The notes beneath the pieces were generated by a model that was not told the origin of the DNA, made no database searches, and worked only from the letters and a program-made list of their open reading frames with translations. A DNA stretch of 64,000 bases from Acinetobacter phage ZZ1. The first letter of the stretch is position 1. Each line of letters starts with the position of its first letter. The position numbers were made by a program, and so were the translations under genes. Shown piece after piece: positions 10,984-20,190 of the stretch. The DNA is taken from sequence record NC_018087.3. One strand, written 5' to 3'.

Positions 10984-11306
10984 AATTTTTTCTCCCGAGC
11001 ATCTACATGGATGATACGGATATTATTTGCATCGGGATATACTTCCCAACGATAGTTTTCCCAATTTTCAAGAAGTACATTATCAATTTTTGCAACGCCC
11101 ATATATCCTTGGTATGCATCCCAACAAGTTTTATCTTTAATTGGTTCATCGGAACTAAACACTGCGATTGAACCATCCTTGTCGATTGCAAGCCATTTTG
11201 CATTCTTTGGTATATAAATTGTATGATCAATGCCTTCAGGCGACCATTCAGTTTTTAATCGAAGAATAACTTGAGGCGGAGTATATAGATTTTTAAAAAT
11301 TGCCAT
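10980..11306 (-). CDS. hypothetical protein (108 aa)
   Basis: ORF. Confidence 0.35.
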   Translation of the reverse strand: MAIFKNLYTPPQVILRLKTEWSPEGIDHTIYIPKNAKWLAIDKDGSIAVFSSDEPIKDKTCWDAYQGYMGVAKIDNVLLENWENYRWEVYPDANNIRIIHVDAREKKL

Positions 11307-11351
11307 AATAAAATTCTCAAATTTGTATCTTGAATATAATATTACTAAAAA

Positions 11352-11377
11352 TCCAGGACTATGTACATAGTCCTGGA
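11352..11377. terminator. palindromic bidirectional terminator (TATGTACATA-core family)
   Basis: TCCAGGACTATGTACATAGTCCTGGA flanked by A/T runs, downstream of 43B. Confidence 0.55.
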
Positions 11378-11386
11378 TAATTTATT

Positions 11387-11698
11387 TCAACTTTTTTCTA
11401 TGAATCGTATTTTATACTCTTCACAAATTTTATCCGCCGTATTAAAAGCTTGTGTTGGAGTAGAACCATCTTTTAATCTACTTAATACGGATGTTAACCA
11501 TATCGGGCCCAAATCAGGATGTTCTCGTTTAGGCTTGTTAATAGAATCAAACTCTTTTGCTCGACGCTTTGCATCATAAACCTGAGCATCCGATACAATC
11601 ATAGTAGTTCTACATTTTCGACAACGGACTTGCGGAGGATTACTCAACAAGACCGAATTGTAGTTAAAATCATGAACACATGTTTCTTGATTTGCCAT
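11387..11698 (-). CDS. small zinc-finger protein (CxxC...CxxC)
   Basis: Contains C..H...CRKCRTTM cysteine pairs. Confidence 0.4.
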   Translation of the reverse strand: MANQETCVHDFNYNSVLLSNPPQVRCRKCRTTMIVSDAQVYDAKRRAKEFDSINKPKREHPDLGPIWLTSVLSRLKDGSTPTQAFNTADKICEEYKIRFIEKS

Positions 11699-11700
11699 AA

Positions 11701-12885
11701 TTAGAATCCAAAAATATCTTCAAGCGATGCCCGCTTTTCAAATTTAAGCCCTGCTGCGTCACTCATTGCCTCTAGAGGTTTTTTGAATGATTTCGCAAAC
11801 ATTTCTGCCGTATCAATATGACGTAAAACATCATCTCGAATTTCTTTTGGTAAATCATTACCAGACGGCCAAGCCATAACTTTTTCACCAAATGGATTAC
11901 CCTGTTTGAGTGGGATAACCATAACTTTTTCGCCTTCCATAATATCAGGAAGACCTTGGAATTTTTTAATTGCTCGTTTATATGCAAGTACACCACGAAT
12001 ATGACCAGGACATTTTAATCCAGGGAATCCTTTATCGTCATATTTTGCAATATTGTTTGCTGCTGATACTTTAGCAACCACCTTATAATCCAATTTACGG
12101 AATTCTGCATCAAATTCCTTATAATATTCTTGTAAAGATGATTCACCTTCTTGTAACATACGACGAACAGCTTCATATAATGCATCTTTAACCGCTTTTG
12201 GTGTAGATGATTTTTGTGTTTCCAGCCCCATGATTTTTAAATATGGTTCTTTAAAACGCACGCCTTCCATGTCGTATACATTTAATGCATAACGTTTCTT
12301 CGCGGTCCAGAATGCACCAATACCGTCAGAACCTAATGGTGGGCATGCAATTGCTTCGCGGTCCATAAACATTAATTGTTCATAATTGTTTAAGTATTCG
12401 CACATTTCAGCAAAGCCTGCATTAATAACAGGTTCGATCTTTTTAGATGCAACAGCATCCAAGAAATCTACAAGTTGTTCAGTTGTTGTAAATCGGTCCA
12501 ACCCAACCTTTTCAATCAATGGTGATAGTTCAAGATATAATGAATCAGTATCACCATAAATGACATATGCATGATTTGTAGTACCACACATCTCATTCAA
12601 ATATGCGTTAATCTTTCGTTCGGTCCATTGTAATACAAGTTGACCAAAAATAGTAATAGCTTCTGCATTTCGAAGATCATAAAAGCGGAACCAAATATTA
12701 CCCAATGCACCATAAAGTGAGTTAATCAATAATTTACGGTTAATCTGATTCGTGTCACATAATGTAATATAGTCTTCGCATTGGTCTTCTAACGCAATAA
12801 GTTCTTCTTGCGAAAGTGTCTGCAAATATGCAATTTCTTCTTCTGTAAAGTCCCGGCTAAAGTCAAGAACCATATCATACTCCAA
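11701..12885 (-). CDS. 43B: DNA polymerase gp43, C-terminal cistron (43B: palm/fingers/thumb)
   Basis: Colinear with T4 gp43 residues ~505-898 (NQINRKLLINSLYGALGNIWFRFYDLRNAEAITIFGQ, YGDTDS, KKRYALNV, ...LEDIFGF C-terminus). It has its own ATG. Confidence 0.9.
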   Translation of the reverse strand: MEYDMVLDFSRDFTEEEIAYLQTLSQEELIALEDQCEDYITLCDTNQINRKLLINSLYGALGNIWFRFYDLRNAEAITIFGQLVLQWTERKINAYLNEMCGTTNHAYVIYGDTDSLYLELSPLIEKVGLDRFTTTEQLVDFLDAVASKKIEPVINAGFAEMCEYLNNYEQLMFMDREAIACPPLGSDGIGAFWTAKKRYALNVYDMEGVRFKEPYLKIMGLETQKSSTPKAVKDALYEAVRRMLQEGESSLQEYYKEFDAEFRKLDYKVVAKVSAANNIAKYDDKGFPGLKCPGHIRGVLAYKRAIKKFQGLPDIMEGEKVMVIPLKQGNPFGEKVMAWPSGNDLPKEIRDDVLRHIDTAEMFAKSFKKPLEAMSDAAGLKFEKRASLEDIFGF

Positions 12886-12930
12886 TATAAGGGTTTAAAT
12901 TATTATACAATTAATATAAAAATAAGCGCT

Positions 12931-13170
12931 TTAATCATCATCTCGTGGGTTAATGGTATAAGTTAAACCAATGTAGCCTACAACTTCATCAGGTAAATCA
13001 ATGAATAAAATCTTTGCAACTTCAATTAGTTCATTGATTTTTAGTTTAGCAATATTCATGTCATCAGAATAATCACCACTTGAATAAGTATTAGAATAAT
13101 CGGCATATGTATAATCATACACGTGCTTTTCTAAACGCTTAATAAAATTATCATGTTGAGATTTAGTCAT
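12931..13170 (-). CDS. hypothetical protein (79 aa) in gene-43 insertion
   Basis: ORF between 43A and 43B. Confidence 0.3.
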   Translation of the reverse strand: MTKSQHDNFIKRLEKHVYDYTYADYSNTYSSGDYSDDMNIAKLKINELIEVAKILFIDLPDEVVGYIGLTYTINPRDDD

Positions 13171-13212
13171 ATGTACCTCAAAAATAAAAAGAAGGCTTAA
13201 AGCCTTCTTTAG

Positions 13213-13593
13213 TTAAATTGATAACATCCTATTATTCAGAACAATGCGAATTACCTTATCGACGGTTATACTGTTTCTTAGTGATGCATTGGCTGAAATT
13301 TTACTTAGGCCTTCATGTGCCAAATAAAATAAAAGTTTATTTGGGTCTGCATCATAATGAACAACATGATCTAATTTGGGTTCCCACTTTTCCTTTTTAA
13401 CAAGATGTACTGTAAAATCCGTTGAAAACGGATTTTTACGTATTTGATCCATTAAATTATTAATAACATCATTTAGAATTGCTTCAAATGTCTTCTCATA
13501 TTGAGAGATTTGTTTACGAGCTTCGTCGCATATAAATTGATCTAAAGTTGTCATTAAATATTCCATATAAAAAGTGGCCAGTAATTTGACCAC
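13213..13593 (-). CDS. hypothetical protein (126 aa) in gene-43 insertion
   Basis: ORF between 43A and 43B. Confidence 0.35.
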   Translation of the reverse strand: MVKLLATFYMEYLMTTLDQFICDEARKQISQYEKTFEAILNDVINNLMDQIRKNPFSTDFTVHLVKKEKWEPKLDHVVHYDADPNKLLFYLAHEGLSKISANASLRNSITVDKVIRIVLNNRMLSI

Positions 13594-13603
13594 TTATATA
13601 TAT

Positions 13604-13804
13604 TTAGAACATTGCGTTTACAGTTTGAGACCCCGCTTCAAATGGATTTTTAAACATTACACAACCACATAAAAACCCAGCCAGATATAATAATGGGATA
13701 CAAAACAATAATCCAAATAAAATACGCCAAGCCAGAGGTGCTTTTTCGCTAAATCCTTCAGCATCTTCCCATGCATTTTTAATTTGAAATAAAATATCAG
13801 ACAT
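13604..13804 (-). CDS. small membrane protein (66 aa) in gene-43 insertion
   Basis: Hydrophobic core LLFCIPLLYLAGFLCGCVMF. Confidence 0.3.
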   Translation of the reverse strand: MSDILFQIKNAWEDAEGFSEKAPLAWRILFGLLFCIPLLYLAGFLCGCVMFKNPFEAGSQTVNAMF

Positions 13805-14154
13805 TATATTACTCCTACCAAATAATTTAATATATGTAGTGTCGGTGTAATTCGTAAATCAGATTGATATGATTGCATTGCCATAGTATGAACATATTCA
13901 ACTGTTGAATTATGTGTACAACGAGCGTTTAATGTTGTTTCAATATTTTTACGAACTTGATCCACAGTATTAAAATATGTTTTCGGCCTTGGCAAATTTA
14001 AGGCTTTTAAAATTGCGGGTTGCCAATTAACAGAGAAGCCTTGTGGCTTCTCTTGAATAATAAACAAATGTGTTTCTAAACGCTCAAACACTTCATTTGT
14101 TTGACTAGATTTCATAACGTTTAACCACCATATCGTAACGAGGATGTTTTGCAC
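13804..14154 (-). CDS. hypothetical protein (116 aa) in gene-43 insertion
   Basis: ORF. Confidence 0.3.
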   Translation of the reverse strand: MQNILVTIWWLNVMKSSQTNEVFERLETHLFIIQEKPQGFSVNWQPAILKALNLPRPKTYFNTVDQVRKNIETTLNARCTHNSTVEYVHTMAMQSYQSDLRITPTLHILNYLVGVI

Positions 14155-14428
14155 GTAATTCTGATTGAATTTTTACAAAACCATCAAAAATTTCATGTAA
14201 CAAAGGTACTGTAATTGCTTTATGACTTAATGTTTTAGCCAATTCTAAAATTGCATCGCGAATATCTTTACGAACATCATCAGCAAACTGGTTTATAAAC
14301 ATATCATCACAATCTAATAATGCATTACCGTCACGAATTATGCATAAGTATGGATATACATTAACACTTTGAACTTGTGAGTTATGTGAAATTACGCCAG
14401 CATCAAATTCAATAAAATTGGTTTTCAT
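14105..14428 (-). CDS. hypothetical protein (107 aa) in gene-43 insertion
   Basis: ORF. Confidence 0.3.
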   Translation of the reverse strand: MKTNFIEFDAGVISHNSQVQSVNVYPYLCIIRDGNALLDCDDMFINQFADDVRKDIRDAILELAKTLSHKAITVPLLHEIFDGFVKIQSELRAKHPRYDMVVKRYEI

Positions 14429-14455
14429 AACATTTTCCTCAAATACTTTAAAAGA

Positions 14456-14728
14456 TTAAGCAATAACTAATTTAGTTGCGATTGGCTCAAGTTCATCTGC
14501 TAAGGCCGCTAAGTTTAATGTTGTTACATCAACACCAATGTAATTATGGATAATACGTTCCATTTGTTGGATTTCATTTAAATTTGATTCGCGAATATAT
14601 TCGGGTACAACAAATTTAACTGAATCATTTGCAAATAAAACAGATACTTCACCCAAAGTAATTTTACCGTCAAGCGAACGTGTTGCGCGAGCATCTACAA
14701 CTGCTTTACATTGATTTAATACTTTCAT
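14456..14728 (-). CDS. hypothetical protein (90 aa) in gene-43 insertion
   Basis: ORF. Confidence 0.3.
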   Translation of the reverse strand: MKVLNQCKAVVDARATRSLDGKITLGEVSVLFANDSVKFVVPEYIRESNLNEIQQMERIIHNYIGVDVTTLNLAALADELEPIATKLVIA

Positions 14729-14789
14729 TTCATTTACCTTGTTTGCTTGATGTGATCATTATATCACATCCCTGTGATAATGGAACCCT

Positions 14790-16298
14790 TTATTTAATTA
14801 ATTTTTTAATTATTTCTGCATTACGTTCTGCAGTCTTCATTTTCTTCTTCCATTCTTTACGTTGGAAGAAAACTTTAGCTGTTTCACGTGGAATCACACC
14901 TTGTTTGGTCTTATCATACATCATGCCACTCGGTGAACATGAATAACGATCAGAAGGTTTCTTAGCAATTCGTCCAATATAGTCTGCTAAAGGTGCCGGT
15001 GCAAATTGGCCAGCAATTGTTTCTGGACTAATATTAACTTGTCGAATAATCGATGGGTAAAGTGATGTTACGTCAAATGATACAACATACTTATATGCCC
15101 CAGGTTTTGGTTCTTTAACAAATGCACCTGCATATGGTTGTCGTACATTAGATTTGGTTTCCGGTAACACCAAATGATCAGGTTTCAATGAGTTAAAAAT
15201 AATCGCATCCCAGGTTTTTACTGGACTCATTACACCTTGAATATTCATTTTAGCATAATAACCCATCGAAATAGATAGATTAATAAATCCACGCTTCATA
15301 TCAATAGCTTGTACACAGTATACGTCTACAATGTTATATGAAATATAACGCTGATGATTTGTACTTCGTAATTTATTAATTGGACCATCATATGCCAATT
15401 TATTGATTTTTGCTTCATACTCTGCAATATAATCAAGTTTATATGTAGGCTGAGTAGTAAATGAGAACTTTTTATAAAGATCAATATAATCTAAAATTTG
15501 AACACCTGAAATACTAAAAATTTCAGCGTCACCATACATATTTGTAATTGTCTTAGATGTAATACGACCAAATGGACTCATTTTTTTCATATAAGAAACG
15601 CCGAGTACGTTCTTAATACGATTTAATAAGTACGGGATATCAAACCCTTCAATATTCCATCCTGTGAAAATAACGGGAGGTTTTTCTTCCCAAAGACGAA
15701 CATATTCTTGCAGCATTTCATGTTCAGTATCAAATGCGAAGTATACAACTTTATCTAAAATATGTTGTGGGACTTCATCACCACCTTCAGACTCAGGCAA
15801 AGCTGCTTTAATACGATCCCAGGGTTCAACACGCCCATCGCTAGAATTTAATAAATCAAATACATAATACTTATCATCTATCGAATCATAATGCGTAATA
15901 GCATCAATTTCGTATTTTGCAAATGCAGGCTCAGGGAACTCAGGTGCTGTTACCTCAATGTCACAATTGGCAACACGAATCGCTTTGCGGTCATATGTGA
16001 TATCTGAATTATATGTGTCAGAAATATAGGCTAGTTTAAAATCGTCCATGCCTAAAATTTCAACAATACCACGAGTCTTTTGGGCCCATTCTTTTGCTGC
16101 ACGAATAGATGTAAATTCTTTTGGTAAACACGGTTTACCATAAATGTCTTTATGCTTAGTTACAGTACCTTCTTTTGCATGAATAAACAATGTTGGTTCA
16201 TATGCAACTTCACGACGTTTTTCAATACCATCTTCAATATAACGTTCCTGAATTAAATCACCGGATTGTTCTACTACTAGATAAAAAGTATTACTCAT
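14790..16298 (-). CDS. 43A: DNA polymerase gp43, N-terminal cistron (43A: N-terminal + 3'-5' exonuclease domains)
   Basis: Colinear with T4 gp43 residues 1-~500 (ERYIEDGIEKRREVAYEPTLF, FKLAYISDTY, VANCDIEV, DAITHYDSIDD, GWNIEGFDIPY, LDYIDLYKKFSF, QRYISYNIVDV, LYPSIIRQVNISPETI, KVFFQRKEWKKKM). It ends with a stop where the T4 protein continues. Confidence 0.9.
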   Translation of the reverse strand: MSNTFYLVVEQSGDLIQERYIEDGIEKRREVAYEPTLFIHAKEGTVTKHKDIYGKPCLPKEFTSIRAAKEWAQKTRGIVEILGMDDFKLAYISDTYNSDITYDRKAIRVANCDIEVTAPEFPEPAFAKYEIDAITHYDSIDDKYYVFDLLNSSDGRVEPWDRIKAALPESEGGDEVPQHILDKVVYFAFDTEHEMLQEYVRLWEEKPPVIFTGWNIEGFDIPYLLNRIKNVLGVSYMKKMSPFGRITSKTITNMYGDAEIFSISGVQILDYIDLYKKFSFTTQPTYKLDYIAEYEAKINKLAYDGPINKLRSTNHQRYISYNIVDVYCVQAIDMKRGFINLSISMGYYAKMNIQGVMSPVKTWDAIIFNSLKPDHLVLPETKSNVRQPYAGAFVKEPKPGAYKYVVSFDVTSLYPSIIRQVNISPETIAGQFAPAPLADYIGRIAKKPSDRYSCSPSGMMYDKTKQGVIPRETAKVFFQRKEWKKKMKTAERNAEIIKKLIK

Positions 16299-16340
16299 AT
16301 TTTAATCCTCATCAAGATATACTAATTATAAAATAAAAAA

Positions 16341-16359
16341 GGGGAAAGCAACTTTCCCC
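16341..16359. terminator. rho-independent terminator upstream of 43A / downstream of neighbouring ORF
   Basis: GGGGAAAG-caac-TTTCCCC with a flanking A-run and T-run. Confidence 0.55.
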
Positions 16360-16364
16360 TTTTA

Positions 16365-16598
16365 TTACTTGTCGCCTTGGACAACAGCTGTTTTTGTCAT
16401 TTCTTCTTGAGGTACAAATCCATTATCTGTTTTTACAAAACACCCACTAATTAATGAATATTTTGTGGTACGGCCTGTAATAGATTCATAACTGTTACAT
16501 TTAATATAGCCACTCACTGTATTGTATGTTAAGCCTACTACAACAATAACACAGACGATAATAACAGAGAATATGAGTTCAATTAAATTATTGCTCAT
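16365..16598 (-). CDS. small membrane protein (77 aa)
   Basis: N-terminal transmembrane helix. Confidence 0.35.
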   Translation of the reverse strand: MSNNLIELIFSVIIVCVIVVVGLTYNTVSGYIKCNSYESITGRTTKYSLISGCFVKTDNGFVPQEEMTKTAVVQGDK

Positions 16599-16982
16599 TT
16601 ATGCACCTACAACATATTTTGATTTAAGAGTCCACTCGGCTTTCTGTGCAGCTTTAATAACACGAAAATTATTGGTAACTTCAATTTCAGGTGGCGCAAA
16701 TTCAACCTCAACAAGACCCCATGTTTCAAGTGTCTTAGCAATAGAAACAGTACGTTGAACATCTTCATCGCTAATATTAACTACTTTACCATCCAAGCGC
16801 ATCATATCTTTAAAGTGAACAATATAAAATTTAGGTTCACCTGTCGCAGGGTCTTGTTTTTTCAAGATATGACATGATTGATATAAAACTTTATCACGTT
16901 GATTTGCAATACCCATACGGGTTAAGGTTTCTTTTACTTTCAAAAAGTTTTCAGATTGTACAAGTTTAATAGGGATCATCAT
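16599..16982 (-). CDS. regA: translational repressor RegA
   Basis: FLKVKETLTRMGIANQRDKVLYQSCHIL is near-identical to the T4 RegA core; position between 43 and 62 as in T4. Confidence 0.8.
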   Translation of the reverse strand: MMIPIKLVQSENFLKVKETLTRMGIANQRDKVLYQSCHILKKQDPATGEPKFYIVHFKDMMRLDGKVVNISDEDVQRTVSIAKTLETWGLVEVEFAPPEIEVTNNFRVIKAAQKAEWTLKSKYVVGA

Positions 16983-17566
16983 AGTAGTTTCAACTCTTTA
17001 AGTTCTTTGGGATTTTTGGTAATTGACTTTAAAAAGTCGTCTGTCGCTAATGCTTTAGCATCGCGTAATACTTCAGTTAACTTACCTTTATGCTCAAGTA
17101 ATTTTCGATAGTCATAAGCCGTATTTGCATTAACTTTATAATATTTCATTAAAAGCTGAATAATATATTTGTCTTTAAAACTCTCATCCAGCTTTACAGT
17201 TTTGCTAAATCTACGACCTTTTGGAATCAACATTGTCAAATAATTATGATGATGTTGATCACTAAGACCTTGTAATACCATATTGGACATATACACAGCA
17301 GGCATACATTCAATGTGTCGACTTAACATGTTGTCAATCATAAACTTTGAATAGTCCATATGCATTACAGACATTTCACGTTTATTTTGATTGATATTAT
17401 TTAAGATTTTAAACAAATCGGCTTCTGGCTTTTCTTTAAATTCGTCAGCAAGTTTTTTAACTGCATCCCAATCTTTATTCATCCAAGCAACTTCATGAGG
17501 ATTAAGTTGAACTTCATCCTCATCAAATAAACAAATCATACTCATTTTATCACTCCAATTATACAC
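16979..17566 (-). CDS. 62: clamp-loader small subunit gp62
   Basis: Synteny (regA-62-44-45) and size (195 aa vs T4 187 aa). Confidence 0.65.
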   Translation of the reverse strand: MYNWSDKMSMICLFDEDEVQLNPHEVAWMNKDWDAVKKLADEFKEKPEADLFKILNNINQNKREMSVMHMDYSKFMIDNMLSRHIECMPAVYMSNMVLQGLSDQHHHNYLTMLIPKGRRFSKTVKLDESFKDKYIIQLLMKYYKVNANTAYDYRKLLEHKGKLTEVLRDAKALATDDFLKSITKNPKELKELKLL

Positions 17567-17598
17567 CGGTCATTATAACATATATGACCGGCAAAGCA

Positions 17599-18558
17599 TT
17601 AGTTAAATTGCATTTCTTTAAGTAATTGGATAAACATATACACCAGGTGAATTTCCAAATTTGCACAAAGCCCTTTCATTTGATTATTTTCACCAATGAT
17701 TTCATACATTCGTAAAATTGAAACTTTGTTGACACGAGTATATAATTCGTTTGCCAATTTTTCAATAAAATTTGAATAATCCGGTGCATATTTTGCAGCC
17801 AATGCTCTAAGTTGTGCAAAGTCTTTGTTTTGAATTGCTGTAAGAACATCATCAATAGACCCACGAGTTTCCATAACAATAGACAGGATACCCGCATCAA
17901 TTTTGCCATTGGTTGAGTAATGATCTAATGCAACAATTGTTGACCGGAAGTCAGGGAAGTTCTTTTTAACTAATGCAGCTAATACTTTAGGCTCTTCAAC
18001 AACAATACCTTCGTTTTTACAAATTTCCATTGAACGTTGAATCATTTCACGCATCATTTGAACCGAATCTTCTGCAGTCGGTTGACCAAATTTAATAACG
18101 CGCGAACGTGAACGAATGGCTTCAAGAATACCATCAAGATTATTTGCCGTAATAATCAATGAACATGATTTGCCATATGATTCCATAAATGAACGCAAGT
18201 AACGTTGTGCCTCGCCAAGTTGTGCACGGTCAAACTCATCAAGAATAATAACTTTTTGTTTACCTTCTAATGATTTTGATGTTGCAAAACGAGTTAATTC
18301 ATTTTTAATGAAATCAATACCAACACCAGATCCGTTCACAAACATATATTCAGCATCGACATCATTACATAATGCATTTGCAACTGTAGTTTTACCGGTA
18401 CCGGGAGAATTTGATTGTAATACTAAATGAGGTAAACGTTTTTTCTTAACTAGACCACGAAAAATTTCTTTATCCGCGGCTGGTAAAATACACTCTTCAA
18501 TTGAACCTGGACGATATTTAAGTTCAAACATGTGCTCGCGTTCATTAACTGTTAACAT
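17599..18558 (-). CDS. 44: clamp-loader ATPase gp44 (RFC-like AAA+)
   Basis: Walker A SPGTGKTT; exactly 319 aa as in T4 gp44; synteny. Confidence 0.85.
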   Translation of the reverse strand: MLTVNEREHMFELKYRPGSIEECILPAADKEIFRGLVKKKRLPHLVLQSNSPGTGKTTVANALCNDVDAEYMFVNGSGVGIDFIKNELTRFATSKSLEGKQKVIILDEFDRAQLGEAQRYLRSFMESYGKSCSLIITANNLDGILEAIRSRSRVIKFGQPTAEDSVQMMREMIQRSMEICKNEGIVVEEPKVLAALVKKNFPDFRSTIVALDHYSTNGKIDAGILSIVMETRGSIDDVLTAIQNKDFAQLRALAAKYAPDYSNFIEKLANELYTRVNKVSILRMYEIIGENNQMKGLCANLEIHLVYMFIQLLKEMQFN

Positions 18559-18579
18559 ACTATTTTACTCCGATCAGGT

Positions 18580-18595
18580 GAGGCCCGAAGGCCTC
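18580..18595. terminator. hairpin between genes 45 and 44
   Basis: GAGGCC-cgaa-GGCCTC (GNRA-like loop) in the short 45-44 intergenic region. Confidence 0.45.
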
Positions 18596-18600
18596 AATTA

Positions 18601-19290
18601 TTAAAAGTTGTGTGATGATTCATCTTCAACTGCGATTACATAATTTGCAGCAGTACCTTCAAAACGGGCTGCAAATAAATGATCTTTTGCCCATAATTGA
18701 ACTTTATAAGTATCAGACTGTAATTTTAAATTTGTTAAATTAATCACAAAATTAAAATCACGTGAACCATCATAGTCCGAAACTTCAAAAGTTGAAAGTG
18801 GTTTTTCAAGATTTGGATCAATTGTTTTGTTGAATGCATTAATAACGACCAATCCAGACTTATTTGTAATCGCTACTGTATCAGCGCCAAGACCACGTGC
18901 AATTTTCATAACCTGATTATATTCTTCGGCAGGCAACTCAAATTCAACTTCAGCTGGCGGGAATTGAATTGGTTTTTTAGGATACACAATTGCCGATGGG
19001 TCACACGATGGCCAAATAATTTCAGAACGTTTACCTTTAATAATAATATCTGCACCTTTAACAGACACTTCCGAATCTTCACCAGATAAAGATAAAATAC
19101 TTAAAAATGCATTTAAATCATAAATAGCAACATCAAAATCAATAGTGTCTTCAGGCTGAAGATTTACTTCACCGTATGTTGCACCATTTGCGGCACGAGT
19201 CATAATAAATGTGCCAGCTGTTAAGTTAATGCCAGTATTAATAGTTGCAAAGTTTTTAAGAGTTGCAATTAGACCTTTAGAAAATTTCAT
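18601..19290 (-). CDS. 45: sliding clamp gp45
   Basis: N-terminus MKFSKGLIATLKNFATINTGI matches T4 gp45 (MKLSKDTTALLKNFATINSGI); 229 aa. Confidence 0.85.
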   Translation of the reverse strand: MKFSKGLIATLKNFATINTGINLTAGTFIMTRAANGATYGEVNLQPEDTIDFDVAIYDLNAFLSILSLSGEDSEVSVKGADIIIKGKRSEIIWPSCDPSAIVYPKKPIQFPPAEVEFELPAEEYNQVMKIARGLGADTVAITNKSGLVVINAFNKTIDPNLEKPLSTFEVSDYDGSRDFNFVINLTNLKLQSDTYKVQLWAKDHLFAARFEGTAANYVIAVEDESSHNF

Positions 19291-19321
19291 TCATTACACC
19301 TTTCAAATCAATTAAGTTAAA

Positions 19322-19792
19322 TTATTTTACATCACGTTGTGCGAAACGCGTAATAAACATTTGGGCAGCTTGAATCAATAATTCATCCGGATTTTTACAG
19401 AATTCATCTGATAAACGTTTAAAACCGCCGACACGAATTTCTTTAGCACCAGCCGCTTCAGCTTCTTTATTTGCATTTGCTAAAAGTTCAACCCAAATTT
19501 CATTAGTCTCCTGGTCAAATGATTTATATAATTGTCGTTTTACATCACCAGGAAAATGTGCAAATTTGGCTTTTACTTCATCCGGCATTTGCAATGACCA
19601 TGCTTTTCGAATACGATTATCAGCAGATTGACCTACGGCGTCATTCGTTGTATTTGCTGCGGTACGTTTAGGTTGCAAGTCATTTACCGTAATTTCTTTA
19701 AAGATCATAATAAGATTACCTTGTTTCGTTACATCTATTTTAATATAAAATTTGTGAAGCATTTGAAGTTGTTTGGTCGTTAAAATTTTCAA
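19322..19792 (-). CDS. hypothetical protein in rpbA position
   Basis: Sits between 45 and 46 where T4 has rpbA/45.1/45.2; no sequence confirmation. Confidence 0.3.
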   Translation of the reverse strand: MKILTTKQLQMLHKFYIKIDVTKQGNLIMIFKEITVNDLQPKRTAANTTNDAVGQSADNRIRKAWSLQMPDEVKAKFAHFPGDVKRQLYKSFDQETNEIWVELLANANKEAEAAGAKEIRVGGFKRLSDEFCKNPDELLIQAAQMFITRFAQRDVK

Positions 19793-19964
19793 TCAACGAC
19801 CATGCTTTACTACGACCCGATTTAATTTTCATTAATTCGGATTCATCAGTAAAAGCTTGTTCAAGCATTGCGTCCGTAACTAAACGCTCTTCACCTGTGA
19901 ATAAGTTAATTAGTGTCCATGTTTTAAATTCAGGATATGTTTCTAAATCACTGAATACACTCAT
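19740..19964 (-). CDS. hypothetical small protein (74 aa)
   Basis: ORF between 45 and 46. Confidence 0.3.
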   Translation of the reverse strand: MSVFSDLETYPEFKTWTLINLFTGEERLVTDAMLEQAFTDESELMKIKSGRSKAWSLIENFNDQTTSNASQILY

Positions 19965-19976
19965 TATACACCTCTC

Positions 19977-20189
19977 TTACATTAAGCGAATTAAATTTAA
20001 GTCCCGAATATATTCATATGGAGATTGATCATCAGGATGACATTCTATAAAAAGTTCCCAGTGCTGACGAACTTTATGCATCCACTTATCGTAATCACCT
20101 AAATTACGATCATTAAAATCTGCAATTGCCCCATCCAGGCAGTATAACAGATCATCTAAGACTTCTTTACATTCTGGTGTTAAACTCAT
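19977..20189 (-). CDS. hypothetical small protein (70 aa)
   Basis: ORF between 45 and 46. Confidence 0.3.
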   Translation of the reverse strand: MSLTPECKEVLDDLLYCLDGAIADFNDRNLGDYDKWMHKVRQHWELFIECHPDDQSPYEYIRDLNLIRLM

Positions 20190-20190
20190 T

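Noticed and set aside
10447-11230. Overlapping alternative-frame ORFs 10447-10641, 11003-11230, 11772-11996, 15664-15867, 17676-17909, 20258-20545, 22023-22238, 22997-23542, 24464-24869, 26410-26697, 28586-28999, 30282-30479, 32019-32327, 32824-33219
   Set aside because: Each is embedded within a longer ORF that has homology or synteny support; treated as spurious.
11701-16298. Intron or intein explanation for the interrupted gene 43
   Set aside because: 43A ends with a stop codon and 43B has its own ATG. The intervening 1.9 kb is densely coding (six co-oriented ORFs), not a contiguous group-I/II intron structure. No intein splice junction motifs (C/S...HN) flank the break. An RNA-level check is still advisable.
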